A stretch of 32,000 nucleotides of DNA from Acutalibacter sp. (GCA_020025775.1 JAHHRN010000002.1:225652-257651); one strand, 5' to 3'; counted from the stretch's first letter, positions 8,086-16,330 are shown. Notes: generated from the letters alone by a model not told the origin. A program made the numbers and translations.

Positions 8086-8796
8086 TTACCATGCACTGAC
8101 ATGTCCGCGCTCCATGGCACCCAGAATTTTCTTTCGTGCACCCGGATAGGTCTTTTCCAATTCTGCAAGAAACTGCTTCATTTCCTCACGATTTGTGTTT
8201 TTGTCTGCCGGACATTTGCTTTTTACAACGGGTAAATTCTCTCGTTTTACAGCTCGCTCTACATCTGCCTCAAAAGCAAAGACCAAAGGCCGAATCTGAT
8301 ATAGATCTTTATTGGACAGATAAGAAACAGGGGAGAAGCAACCAATATTGCCGCCGTTTAATAAGTTCATCATAAAGGTTTCTGCAGCATCATCTGCATG
8401 ATGTCCGAGTGCCACTTTATTACAGCCTTGTTCTTTGGCAACATCATGAAGAATACCGCGTCTCATCTTTGCACACAAAGAGCAAGGATTTTTTTCTTTA
8501 CGAATTTCAAAAATAACTTCCCACAAATTCGTCTTTCGAATAACCAACGGTACATTTAAGTTGTCACAAAGCGTTTGCAGTACCTCAAAATCCTGTGATT
8601 CTCCGTTGAATTGATAATCTAAAATAACAGCAACTAAATCAAAGTGCTTGGGATAAAAAGAGCGAATTCTGGAAAGCACATATAAAAGCGCTACGGAATC
8701 TTTGCCGCCGGATACGCCGACCGCGATTTTGTCTCCTTCTTCAATCATATTGTATTTATCGATTGCCGCACGTGTTAAACTAAGAAGCTTTTTCAA
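8086..8796 (-). CDS. ttcA: PP-loop ATPase, tRNA 2-thiocytidine synthase TtcA-like
   Basis: SGGKDS PP-loop motif, CSLCAKMRRG and a second Cys motif (KCP). TTG start with GGAGG 7 nt upstream. Confidence 0.75.
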   Translation of the reverse strand: MKKLLSLTRAAIDKYNMIEEGDKIAVGVSGGKDSVALLYVLSRIRSFYPKHFDLVAVILDYQFNGESQDFEVLQTLCDNLNVPLVIRKTNLWEVIFEIRKEKNPCSLCAKMRRGILHDVAKEQGCNKVALGHHADDAAETFMMNLLNGGNIGCFSPVSYLSNKDLYQIRPLVFAFEADVERAVKRENLPVVKSKCPADKNTNREEMKQFLAELEKTYPGARKKILGAMERGHVSAW

Positions 8797-8837
8797 ATAG
8801 ATTCCTCCAAACCCTTATACGGGTCTTAATTTCCTAT

Positions 8838-8866
8838 ATTGTAGCGTAAAGCAAAGATTATGTAAA
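8838..8866 (-). promoter_or_regulatory. SigmaA-type promoter candidate for the ttcA-like gene
   Basis: Minus strand: TTTACA (8866-8861), 17 nt, TACAAT (8843-8838). Confidence 0.5.
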
Positions 8867-8969
8867 TAAATTTATAAAAATAATGTTTTAGCAAACCACA
8901 TGAAAGCAAGAGAAAACGCGAGAAAACGTGAGGAAAGTATTATTCTAATTAAAATTTCGAAAAAAATAG

Positions 8970-8998
8970 TTGACGAAGATCCTTTCACGTGGTATTAT
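8970..8998 (+). promoter_or_regulatory. SigmaA promoter of rplM-rpsI with extended -10
   Basis: TTGACG (8970-8975), 17 nt, TATTAT (8993-8998), preceded by TGG (extended -10). Confidence 0.65.
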
Positions 8999-9046
8999 AT
9001 TCGAGCAGTAAAAAATGAACTAACGAAAAATTGGAGGTTATGTTTT

Positions 9047-9475
9047 ATGTCAACTTATATGCCTAAAGCCGGCGACATCAGCCGCGACTGGTATGTTCTT
9101 GATGCTGACGGTAGAACACTCGGCGATGTAGCAACTGAAGCAGCTACCCTTCTTCGTGGTAAGCACAAGCCCACTTTTGCTCCTCATGCTGACTGCGGCG
9201 ACAACGTTATCGTTATCAATGCTGAAAAAATCGTTTTCACCGGCAACAAACTTGAGCAGAAGAAGTATTATCGTCACACTGGTTATATCGGTCACCTCAA
9301 AGAGGTTTCCTATAAGACCTTAATGGCTGAAAAGCCTGAATTTGCTGTAGAAAAAGCAGTTAAGGGTATGCTTTCCAATAACTCTCTCAGCAAAAAAGCT
9401 ATGACTCGTCTTCACATTTACAAAGGCGCTGAGCATCCGCATGCTGCTCAGAAGCCGCAAGCTAGAGAATTTTAA
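9047..9475 (+). CDS. rplM: 50S ribosomal protein L13
   Basis: MSTYMPKAGDISRDWYVLDA...GKHKPTFAPHADCGDNVIVINAEK is canonical L13. ATG 9047 follows GGAGG. The longer ORF starting at 8900 runs through the promoter. Confidence 0.95.
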   Translation: MSTYMPKAGDISRDWYVLDADGRTLGDVATEAATLLRGKHKPTFAPHADCGDNVIVINAEKIVFTGNKLEQKKYYRHTGYIGHLKEVSYKTLMAEKPEFAVEKAVKGMLSNNSLSKKAMTRLHIYKGAEHPHAAQKPQAREF

Positions 9476-9496
9476 GAAAGGGAGGCAAAATAGATT

Positions 9497-9895
9497 ATGT
9501 ACGAAACCAATCCTTATTTCTACGGCACCGGCAGAAGAAAGAAATCCGTAGCTCGCGTTCGCGTGTATGCCGGTACAGGCAAAATCACCATCAACGACAG
9601 AGACATTGATGATTATTTTGGCTTAGAAACCTTAAAGCTTATCGTTCGTCAGCCTCTCGCTTTGACAGATACAGCTGATAAGTTCGACATCGTTTGCAAA
9701 GTTGCAGGCGGCGGTGTTACAGGTCAGGCAGGCGCAATCCGTCACGGCCTCTCCCGTGCACTCTTACAGTATGATGAAAACCTTCGTGGCACCCTCAAGA
9801 AGGCAGGCTTCTTGACTCGTGACCCCAGAATGAAGGAAAGAAAGAAATACGGTCTCAAAGGCGCTCGTCGCGCACCGCAGTTCTCCAAGAGATAA
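9497..9895 (+). CDS. rpsI: 30S ribosomal protein S9
   Basis: [12 protein letters not shown]...[19 protein letters not shown]...RRAPQFSKR is canonical S9. Confidence 0.95.
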   Translation: MYETNPYFYGTGRRKKSVARVRVYAGTGKITINDRDIDDYFGLETLKLIVRQPLALTDTADKFDIVCKVAGGGVTGQAGAIRHGLSRALLQYDENLRGTLKKAGFLTRDPRMKERKKYGLKGARRAPQFSKR

Positions 9896-9920
9896 CAGAG
9901 TTATTTATTTGGTATTCCAA

Positions 9921-9960
9921 AGACCCGAAAGTCGAAAGGCTCTCGGGTCTTTTTCTTTTG
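9921..9960 (+). terminator. Rho-independent terminator after rpsI
   Basis: AGACCCGA 9921-9928 pairs with TCGGGTCT 9943-9950, followed by TTTTTCTTTT. Confidence 0.8.
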
Positions 9961-10018
9961 CCAAACTTCGTCATATGGTTTCTGCAGCCTTTATATGTGC
10001 TTTGACTCAAAATAATAA

Positions 10019-10066
10019 AATAACAGCCCCAAAAGCTAAAAAGCTCTAAATGGGCTGTTATTTTTC
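10019..10066 (-). terminator. Hairpin terminator downstream of the pseudouridine synthase gene (T/A tracts on both sides, possibly bidirectional)
   Basis: AATAACAGCCC 10019-10029 pairs with GGGCTGTTATT 10052-10062, flanked by A-runs and T-runs. Confidence 0.6.
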
Positions 10067-10089
10067 ATATTTTAGCAACGCATATAGAT

Positions 10090-11055
10090 TTACAAGTTAC
10101 CGTTATAGAAATCATCCACAAACCAAACATCTGAAGTTTCAAATGAACGGTGATTCAAGGCGCTCAAAACGCCAGGATCAGATGTAAAATCAAATTCAAT
10201 TTTGTAGGAATATAAAAATTGCTTTCTATAGGGGTATTTCGCGATTTGTTTCGGTTTACCGTACTTTGTATCGCCTAAGAGGGGATGACCGATAGAAGCC
10301 ATGTGCGCTCGAATTTGGTGTGTTCTTCCAGTCAATAACTCTACATCTACCAAAGAAAGACCGTTTTTAGAAGCCAAAACGTGGTACTTTGTTAAAATGC
10401 GTTTGGCACCTGGTTGTTCTTCTTTTAAAACTTTCACTTGGTTTTTCGCTTCGTTTTTTATAAGATAATCGTCTAAAAGTGCTTCTTTCCGTTTTGGTTC
10501 ACCATGTACAACGCATAAATAATGTTTTTTTAATTCTCTTTCTTTAATTTTCTCGTTAAGTGCACGTAAAGCATCTGCACTTTTCGCAGCAATTACTATG
10601 CCACCGGTATTTCTGTCAATTCTGTTTGCTAAAGCCGGTGTAAAGGAATTTTCTTCCTGCGGTAAGTATTCTCCTTTTTCAAACAAATATCGCTTTACTC
10701 GGCCAATCAGTGTGTCTATATACTCTTTGTTGTCTGGATGGCAGAGGATACCCACCTTTTTATTCAGCACTAAAATATGCTCATCCTCATAAAGGATGTC
10801 CAATTCTTTAGATGCCTTCAAAAAATCATAGGTAATTTCTTCAGATTTTTCAAAAAATTCATCATTAATATAGAGAGAAAGCACGTCACCAACCTCTAAA
10901 CGAGTTGAAACTTCCACTCGTTTGCCGTTTCTTTTGATTCGTTTGGTTCTGATATATTTATAAAGTAAAGATTGGGGGAGCTTTGGAGCCACTTTTTTTA
11001 TAAATTTATCTGTTCTCTGATTTGCATCATTTTTGCCGATTTTAAACTCTTTCAT
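10090..11055 (-). CDS. RluA-family 23S rRNA pseudouridine synthase with N-terminal S4 domain
   Basis: The catalytic-Asp motif (NRIDRNTGGIVIAAK) and GRTHQIRAHMA are RluA/RluD-family signatures. The N-terminus is S4-like. Confidence 0.85.
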   Translation of the reverse strand: MKEFKIGKNDANQRTDKFIKKVAPKLPQSLLYKYIRTKRIKRNGKRVEVSTRLEVGDVLSLYINDEFFEKSEEITYDFLKASKELDILYEDEHILVLNKKVGILCHPDNKEYIDTLIGRVKRYLFEKGEYLPQEENSFTPALANRIDRNTGGIVIAAKSADALRALNEKIKERELKKHYLCVVHGEPKRKEALLDDYLIKNEAKNQVKVLKEEQPGAKRILTKYHVLASKNGLSLVDVELLTGRTHQIRAHMASIGHPLLGDTKYGKPKQIAKYPYRKQFLYSYKIEFDFTSDPGVLSALNHRSFETSDVWFVDDFYNGNL

Positions 11056-11570
11056 ATCACATTTTCCTATACTATTATAATACTATATATTTACGCCGTT
11101 TTTTTCGGCGCATAAAAAAGCGTTTTTGAACTGCTTTAGTATAGCATATCTCAGAGAAAATTTCTACTCCATTTTAAAAGCTCTTCGTTACCTTTTCCAA
11201 AAAAGGTATTGTTTCCCCAAAGAACGCGTAAAAACCTCGTCAGAAACGAATGAAAGTGGGGGAGAACCGCTCATTTTTTATGTTTTTTCAAAATATTCTT
11301 TTCATAAAATCGAAGTTTTCTTGAATTTGTATACATTTTTTAAGAATGTACATACTATAAATGTAAAGAAGACCATAAATAACCATAAAAATAGGCTTTT
11401 TTCTCCATTTGTTACCCCTTTGTAACGAATTGTAAGATTTTTAACTTTTCTACAAAAATTCACCGATCTTAGAAAGAAGGTGTCTAGTAAATCCTCTTTA
11501 TATCTTTAAAAATGGTAAAAACTGACATTTTCATTTGTTAAAATTGCACAAAAACTTTCTTTTTCTGAAT

Positions 11571-11599
11571 TTGACAATTCACAAATACGGAAATATAAT
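11571..11599 (+). promoter_or_regulatory. Consensus sigmaA promoter of the G5/3D-domain gene
   Basis: TTGACA (11571-11576), exactly 17 nt, TATAAT (11594-11599). This gives a leader of about 120 nt. Confidence 0.65.
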
Positions 11600-11727
11600 G
11601 TCCAAAGTCAAAAGCGAGCATAACAGTGATGCGACAAAATGACGTGCAAAATCAATCCTTGAAACGTCATGCATCCAACAGCCTCTCTCGCAAAATCCCA
11701 TAGAGAGGTATGAGTTAAAGGAGCAGA

Positions 11728-12984
11728 ATGATGAAAACAAATACAAAAACGATTGCAAAAAGTTCTCGAAAGTCTGCAGAGAAAATTATTGCTTTGATTT
11801 TAGCCGTGATCTTACTTTGCGCAGGAACAGCTTTTGCAACGTCTCCGTCCGCCTATGCAGTTGATATTTATGACGGCACGGAAATCACAAGGGTCGAAAC
11901 CAACAAAAACGATCCTTATCAAATCGTAGAACAGGCAAACATTGTGCTGAACGAAAAGGACCGCTTGAATGTAGACAACTTTACTTTCGGTAAAGACAGC
12001 ACAATTACCATTTACCGTGCGACCGCCGTTTCTTTCACCTCCTTAGAAGGGGAGAGCATCTATACGGTTTGTGCCGGTAAAGTTTCAGATTTACTCGCAG
12101 ATTTAAACGTGACACTTGAAGAAGGTCAGATTTTAAACGTACCCGAAGATACACTTTTGACTGAAGGCTTAGCTGTAAGCGTAATGGAAGCACGTACAGT
12201 TACCGTTACAGCAGACGGCGAAACCAAGACCTTAACTTTCGGTGAAGGTACTGTCCAAGACATATTAAATGCGGCAAATATTACTTTGGGCGAAAATGAT
12301 GATGTTGTTCCGGCTCTGGATACACAGATTTCAGATCAATTGGAAATTATCGTCTATAGAGTAACCTTTGCAGAAAGAACCGCAAAAGAAACAATTCACT
12401 TCAAGAAAGAAACAAAGAACGATCCCAAAATGCTCGTTGGCAAAAGTGAAATTGTTCAGGAAGGTAAAGACGGTAGCAAAAACGTAACGTATCGTGATAA
12501 ATACCGTGACGGCGTTTTATATTCTTCCGAAGCCATTTCCGAAGAAATTCTTACACCGGCTACCACACAGATCACAGCGAAAGGCACTATGAAGAAAACG
12601 CTTTCGCATTCTAAGCTTAAAAACGGTGGTACACCGATTTCCGAATTAACTCCGCCTAAAGGCTTGGAAATTGTAGACGGCGCACCAACATCTTATTCAA
12701 AGATCATTCGCGGCAAAGCAGCTGCATATTCCGCAAGACCCGGCGCTAAGACCGCAAGCGGTCGCAGAGTAATGCCTGGACACATTGCAGTAAATCCTAA
12801 ACAGATTCCTTACGGAACCGAAATGTGGATTGTTTCTACAGATGGCTATGTATACGGCTACGCAATCGCAGCAGATACCGGTGGATTCATTCACCAGGGT
12901 AAATTTACGGTAGACTTATTCATGAATACCACTGCAGAGTGCAGACAATGGGGCGCTCGTGATGTTATCATTTATGTTTTATAA
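11728..12984 (+). CDS. DUF348-repeat / G5 / 3D-domain cell-wall protein (YabE / RpfB-like)
   Basis: N-terminal membrane anchor, repeated DUF348-like modules and a G5-like block (EIVQEGKDGSKNVTYRDKYRDG). The C-terminal 3D domain reads GKAAAYSA...TASGRRV...IAVNPKQIPYGT...AADTGG. RBS AAAGGAG. Confidence 0.8.
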   Translation: MMKTNTKTIAKSSRKSAEKIIALILAVILLCAGTAFATSPSAYAVDIYDGTEITRVETNKNDPYQIVEQANIVLNEKDRLNVDNFTFGKDSTITIYRATAVSFTSLEGESIYTVCAGKVSDLLADLNVTLEEGQILNVPEDTLLTEGLAVSVMEARTVTVTADGETKTLTFGEGTVQDILNAANITLGENDDVVPALDTQISDQLEIIVYRVTFAERTAKETIHFKKETKNDPKMLVGKSEIVQEGKDGSKNVTYRDKYRDGVLYSSEAISEEILTPATTQITAKGTMKKTLSHSKLKNGGTPISELTPPKGLEIVDGAPTSYSKIIRGKAAAYSARPGAKTASGRRVMPGHIAVNPKQIPYGTEMWIVSTDGYVYGYAIAADTGGFIHQGKFTVDLFMNTTAECRQWGARDVIIYVL

Positions 12985-12999
12985 TTACAGATAACGTAT

Positions 13000-13042
13000 G
13001 AAACAGCATTCGAATTCAAATCGAATGCTGTTTTTGTTTTTT
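13000..13042 (+). terminator. Rho-independent terminator after the G5/3D gene
   Basis: AAACAGCATTCGA pairs with TCGAATGCTGTTT (13-bp stem), followed by TTTGTTTTTT. Confidence 0.85.
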
Positions 13043-13071
13043 ATAAGCGTTTTTAGGGTGGGAAAGCAAGA

Positions 13072-13100
13072 TTTGACATTTCGTAAATTTTGATATATAA
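13072..13100 (+). promoter_or_regulatory. Orphan perfect-consensus sigmaA promoter in an ORF-free spacer
   Basis: TTGACA (13072-13077), exactly 17 nt, TATAAT (13095-13100). No ORF begins within about 570 nt downstream. Confidence 0.5.
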
Positions 13101-13128
13101 TTATACAAAATAAATGTTTTGTATAATT
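13097..13128. repeat. Perfect 13-bp inverted repeat TAATTATACAAAA-N6-TTTTGTATAATTA overlapping the -10/+1 of the orphan promoter (operator-like)
   Basis: Read directly from the sequence. The arms are 13097-13109 and 13116-13128. Confidence 0.55.
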
Positions 13129-13521
13129 AAGGGGAGCGTAAAAGGAAGGAAAGAGAAATTCTTTTTAAAATATTGATTTTAGAGCGTTTTCCTTCAAAAT
13201 AATAAAACAATGCGTCTTTTCTATAAAAAGGCTTTGTAGAGCCTTACAGAGCGTGTTAACACACACGTTAAAATCCTATAGCAAATAAAAAGTGCAAAAA
13301 TTTATGATTTTCAATAATTTTTCACTTAATACAGCTGATAGCTTAGATCGAGTTTTATCTTAGTACGTTTTAAAAATTTCTATTGAACAGACTTTATAAC
13401 GATTAGATAAATTTTATGGAATCACATGTAAAGTTTTCGATTTTTAAAGCTAAAACGGCAATTTGAATTTTGCTTATAAAAAATCTAAACCGTATAATAA
13501 AAGTTTTCTTTATTCTATTTA

Positions 13522-13550
13522 CTTTACTATTTCGGAATTATTACTTATAA
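13522..13550 (+). promoter_or_regulatory. SigmaA-type promoter candidate proximal to the recombinase gene
   Basis: TTTACT (13522-13527), 17 nt, TATAAT (13545-13550). AT-rich context makes chance matches likely; another match (TTGCTT-17-TATAAT) lies at 13469-13497. Confidence 0.35.
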
Positions 13551-13675
13551 TACCGCTATGAACAAATCTATTCTCCGATTTATATTTTAATTCTGAAAAT
13601 CCAAATTATTTTTATATTTTCTTTATTTTGTGAAACCGTTTCACATTTACAACCTTTTGGAAAGGAAATCGAATT

Positions 13676-14665
13676 ATGAAATACGCAAATCAAAAAGATC
13701 TGCCTAAAATTCTGCAGGATTTCTTAAATCATGAATTTGCCATACGTAATAAATCCGAATTAACGGTAGACGAATATGCTTTGGATTTAATCTTGTTTTT
13801 ACGCTTTCTAAAAGCCTACAGATCTGGAGATGCCTCCCCTGCTTCTTTAGACGGAATCGATATTTCAGACATAACTATTCGGGATTTAGAGAGCGTTTCT
13901 TTAGCCGATGCGTACGCCTTTTTATCTTATTGTAAAATGGTTCGTAACAACGATGCAGCGGCCAGAGCTCGAAAAACGAGCAGTATTCGGGCTTTTTTTA
14001 AATATTTAACCGTTCAGAAGAAACTGCTTGGAGAGAATCCTATGCAGGAGTTGGAAGTACCAAAGCTTAGAAAGTCACAACCGAAGTATTTAACACTGGA
14101 CGAAAGCCTCAGACTTTTGGAAGCTGTGGAGGGTAAAAATAAGGAACGGGATTATTGCATTTTAACACTGTTTTTGAACTGTGGTTTACGTCTCTCTGAA
14201 CTCGTTTCTATCAACTACACCGATATCAAGGATAACAATACATTAACTGTCACCGGTAAAGGCAACAAACAACGTACGGTTTATTTAAATGACGCGTGTT
14301 TATCGGCTATAAAAGCCTATAAAAAAGTACGTCCTGTAGACGGTGTAAAAGAAAAAGATAAGCCCGCTTTGTTTTTAAGCGGGCGAAAAGAACGCATCAG
14401 TCCTAAGACGGTGCAGCATATGGTATATTCGTACTTAGATAAAGCTGGACTCGGCGGCCGTGGGCTTTCTGTACACAAATTAAGGCATACAGCGGCAACA
14501 CTGATGTATCAATATGGCGATGTTGATGTGCTTGTTTTAAAAGAAATCTTAGGGCACGAGAATCTCGGTACTACAGAAATTTATACCCACATTGTAGACG
14601 AACAGCTTAAGAAAGCCACAGATGCCAATCCGTTATCAAAAGTTAAGAGAGAAAAGAAAGATTAA
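13676..14665 (+). CDS. Site-specific tyrosine recombinase, XerC/XerD family
   Basis: N-terminal SAM-like core-binding domain. The catalytic region has GLRLSEL, HKLRHTAATLMY and LGHENLGTTEIYTHI (R..HxxR..Y pattern). RBS AAAGGAAA. Confidence 0.85.
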   Translation: MKYANQKDLPKILQDFLNHEFAIRNKSELTVDEYALDLILFLRFLKAYRSGDASPASLDGIDISDITIRDLESVSLADAYAFLSYCKMVRNNDAAARARKTSSIRAFFKYLTVQKKLLGENPMQELEVPKLRKSQPKYLTLDESLRLLEAVEGKNKERDYCILTLFLNCGLRLSELVSINYTDIKDNNTLTVTGKGNKQRTVYLNDACLSAIKAYKKVRPVDGVKEKDKPALFLSGRKERISPKTVQHMVYSYLDKAGLGGRGLSVHKLRHTAATLMYQYGDVDVLVLKEILGHENLGTTEIYTHIVDEQLKKATDANPLSKVKREKKD

Positions 14666-15308
14666 ATTTGTTTCGGAACAGGAAGCAAAGTAAAGCAAAT
14701 AAAAAGGAAGAAAAAACATTGCCCAGGTAGAAAAAGGCATAACGTAGGCTGTAAAGCTTCAGCATTGTTTTTCCGTCTTTTCCCTGTTCTTTTAAAAAGA
14801 CGGAGCGATTAAGATCGCGTTCTGTAAGGATGCTCTCTTTACACGCTAGCAAGAAACTAGAAACAGCAAAAATAGCCGGAAGCAGTAAAACTATTCCGAA
14901 AAAGGTCATGCCTGTTACAGAGGCTCTGCTGTAAAGAAAGGAACTTACTATGCCAAGCAAAGTGCCTTGCAGCAGAGGGAAAAGCCATAAAAGCCCTTCT
15001 CCTAACACAGAAAGTCCAAAAAAGAACAATGCAGCCATACACAAACTTTGGAATTTAAGAGAAAGTAGATTATTTTCCCAAAAGCCATTTGCTTTTATTT
15101 GCTCTAAATTTTCGGTTAAATTGGATTGAACAAAGCCTATGCATTCGGGTTTTCCACTCTTTATAAGCATTGCTCCAAAAAGCAAGCCAGCAGTAAAAAG
15201 CACTGTCAAGGTAATAAGCTTTTTGTCTCTTTTTTGTAGCTTTACAGCTTTATTTTTCATATGTAACTTGGTAGATATTATCGTAGCACGTTTTTTCGTT
15301 CTTTTCAT
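14643..15308 (-). CDS. spoIIM: Polytopic membrane protein, stage II sporulation protein M-like
   Basis: About 5 TM segments, with size and hydrophobic-segment layout resembling B. subtilis SpoIIM. It neighbours a Xer recombinase, as spoIIM does in B. subtilis. RBS AAAGGAG 8 nt upstream. The assignment is from memory of the family, not a search. Confidence 0.5.
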   Translation of the reverse strand: MKRTKKRATIISTKLHMKNKAVKLQKRDKKLITLTVLFTAGLLFGAMLIKSGKPECIGFVQSNLTENLEQIKANGFWENNLLSLKFQSLCMAALFFFGLSVLGEGLLWLFPLLQGTLLGIVSSFLYSRASVTGMTFFGIVLLLPAIFAVSSFLLACKESILTERDLNRSVFLKEQGKDGKTMLKLYSLRYAFFYLGNVFSSFLFALLCFLFRNKFNLSFLS

Positions 15309-15359
15309 GTTAAATGCTCCTTTTACTTTACAAGACTTTACACGTAAAGCTTTGTTCTT

Positions 15360-15776
15360 TTATTTTAGCTTTTGAACTATAATACTTCCAATCAACGGTA
15401 ACAGAGTGCCCATGGCAACAAGAAGTAGAGAAAATGCCCCCAAAGTGCCTTTTGAAACCAGAAGTAATAGAACAAACAAGGCAATTAACAATAAAAATCC
15501 CGAAAATAAAGCGTCCTTGCCTTCAGAAAGCACTGGATGTAACCCGGAAAGCATACCGGTTAAGAGAAAGCTTACGGCACAAATCGCATATCCGGCAAAC
15601 TTCACAGTTTGTAAAGATACATCTTGCTTAATGCAAACCAAAGAAAGTATAGCAAGCCCGAGAATCAAGATTATATAGCCGAATACCGCATGTTTTATTC
15701 CCTCTATAAAAAATGGCTTGTTTGTCTTTGTGTTTTTTGTTTTTGCTGTATGCTTCTTTAATTTCTTTTTAGACAT
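15360..15776 (-). CDS. Small 4-TM membrane protein (YrzE / TIGR04086-like, tentative)
   Basis: Lys-rich N-terminus followed by four hydrophobic segments. It lies next to yajC, as yrzE does in B. subtilis. The RBS GAGGGGG lies inside the yajC terminator arm. Confidence 0.5.
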   Translation of the reverse strand: MSKKKLKKHTAKTKNTKTNKPFFIEGIKHAVFGYIILILGLAILSLVCIKQDVSLQTVKFAGYAICAVSFLLTGMLSGLHPVLSEGKDALFSGFLLLIALFVLLLLVSKGTLGAFSLLLVAMGTLLPLIGSIIVQKLK

Positions 15777-15815
15777 AGAAAAACCCCCTCATACAGTAAT
15801 TTGTATGAGGGGGTT
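15777..15815 (-). terminator. Rho-independent terminator after yajC
   Basis: Minus strand: AACCCCCTCATACA / TGTATGAGGGGGTT (14-bp stem) followed by TTTTTC. Confidence 0.75.
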
Positions 15816-15833
15816 AGTTCGTTTATGAGAAGC

Positions 15834-16238
15834 TTAGTCTTCTTTTTTGCTTTTCTTTTTCTTTTCTTCTTTTGCCTTAGCCTGAGCAGCTTTTGCAGCC
15901 TCACGCTCTGCTTGAAGCTTTTCGTTTGCAGTGTTGTTTAACTGAATAGCCCAACGTGTAATTTTCATCTTATTACGATCTGCACCGGTTTCAATGATTA
16001 AGGAATCATCGCGAACGGTAACGACTCTACCCATAATACCGCCGATTGTGGTGACTTCATCGCCAACCTGAATGCTTTCGCGCATTTCCTGTTCTTTTTT
16101 CTGCTGCTTTTTCTGCGGACGTAAGATCATAAAATACATTAAAGCAAAAAGACCGACCATCATAAGGATGGACATCATCATGCTGCCGGAACCGGATTGT
16201 GCGCCGGCGGCTGCTTCTAAAGTTAATACATGAAACAT
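15834..16238 (-). CDS. yajC: Preprotein translocase subunit YajC (with Lys/Ala-rich C-terminal tail)
   Basis: A TM segment, then ILRPQKKQQKK...QVGDEVTTIGGIMGRVVTVRDDSLIIE, the YajC signature. GGAGG RBS. Confidence 0.85.
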   Translation of the reverse strand: MFHVLTLEAAAGAQSGSGSMMMSILMMVGLFALMYFMILRPQKKQQKKEQEMRESIQVGDEVTTIGGIMGRVVTVRDDSLIIETGADRNKMKITRWAIQLNNTANEKLQAEREAAKAAQAKAKEEKKKKSKKED

Positions 16239-16268
16239 AAGTTTACCTCCAAATAATTCAGTTTTTTA

Positions 16269-16297
16269 ATTATACATAATTTCCCTTTGTTTTGCAA
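16269..16297 (-). promoter_or_regulatory. SigmaA-type promoter candidate for yajC
   Basis: Minus strand: TTGCAA (16297-16292), 17 nt, TATAAT (16274-16269). Confidence 0.45.
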
Positions 16298-16330
16298 GAA
16301 CAAAAGAAAAAGTTTACAAATTAAACATAA

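Noticed and set aside
8900-9046. Long N-terminal extension of rplM (ORF from 8900)
   Set aside because: The extension runs through the rplM promoter (8970-8998). Canonical L13 begins at MSTYMPK (9047) with a GGAGG RBS.
11126-11425. 99-aa ORF in the rluA / G5-3D intergenic region
   Set aside because: It has a TTG start without an RBS and AT-rich low-complexity translation (Phe/Lys/Asn/Tyr-rich). I recognise no family resemblance, so it is most likely non-coding.
11606-11727. ydaO-type c-di-AMP riboswitch upstream of the 3D-domain gene
   Set aside because: It would be expected from the gene class, but the leader lacks the conserved G-rich/ACGGGG-type boxes and pseudo-two-fold architecture. 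Only two simple hairpins are seen.
13628-13644. TGTGAAAC-C-GTTTCACA as a CRP/FNR-type or CcpA cre site
   Set aside because: The half-site spacing is N7 (odd centre) rather than TGTGA-N6-TCACA, and the right half does not fit the cre consensus TGWAANCGNTNWCA. It is reported only as a palindrome.
13043-14665. Integrated mobile element or invertible promoter cassette associated with the tyrosine recombinase
   Set aside because: There are no phage, transposon or conjugation genes and no tRNA target. By eye I found no long direct or inverted repeats flanking the spacer, only short AT-rich matches of 9-14 nt. The protein looks like a chromosomal XerC/XerD type in a conserved xer-spoIIM neighbourhood. 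I kept it only as a low-probability alternative in the finding for this region.
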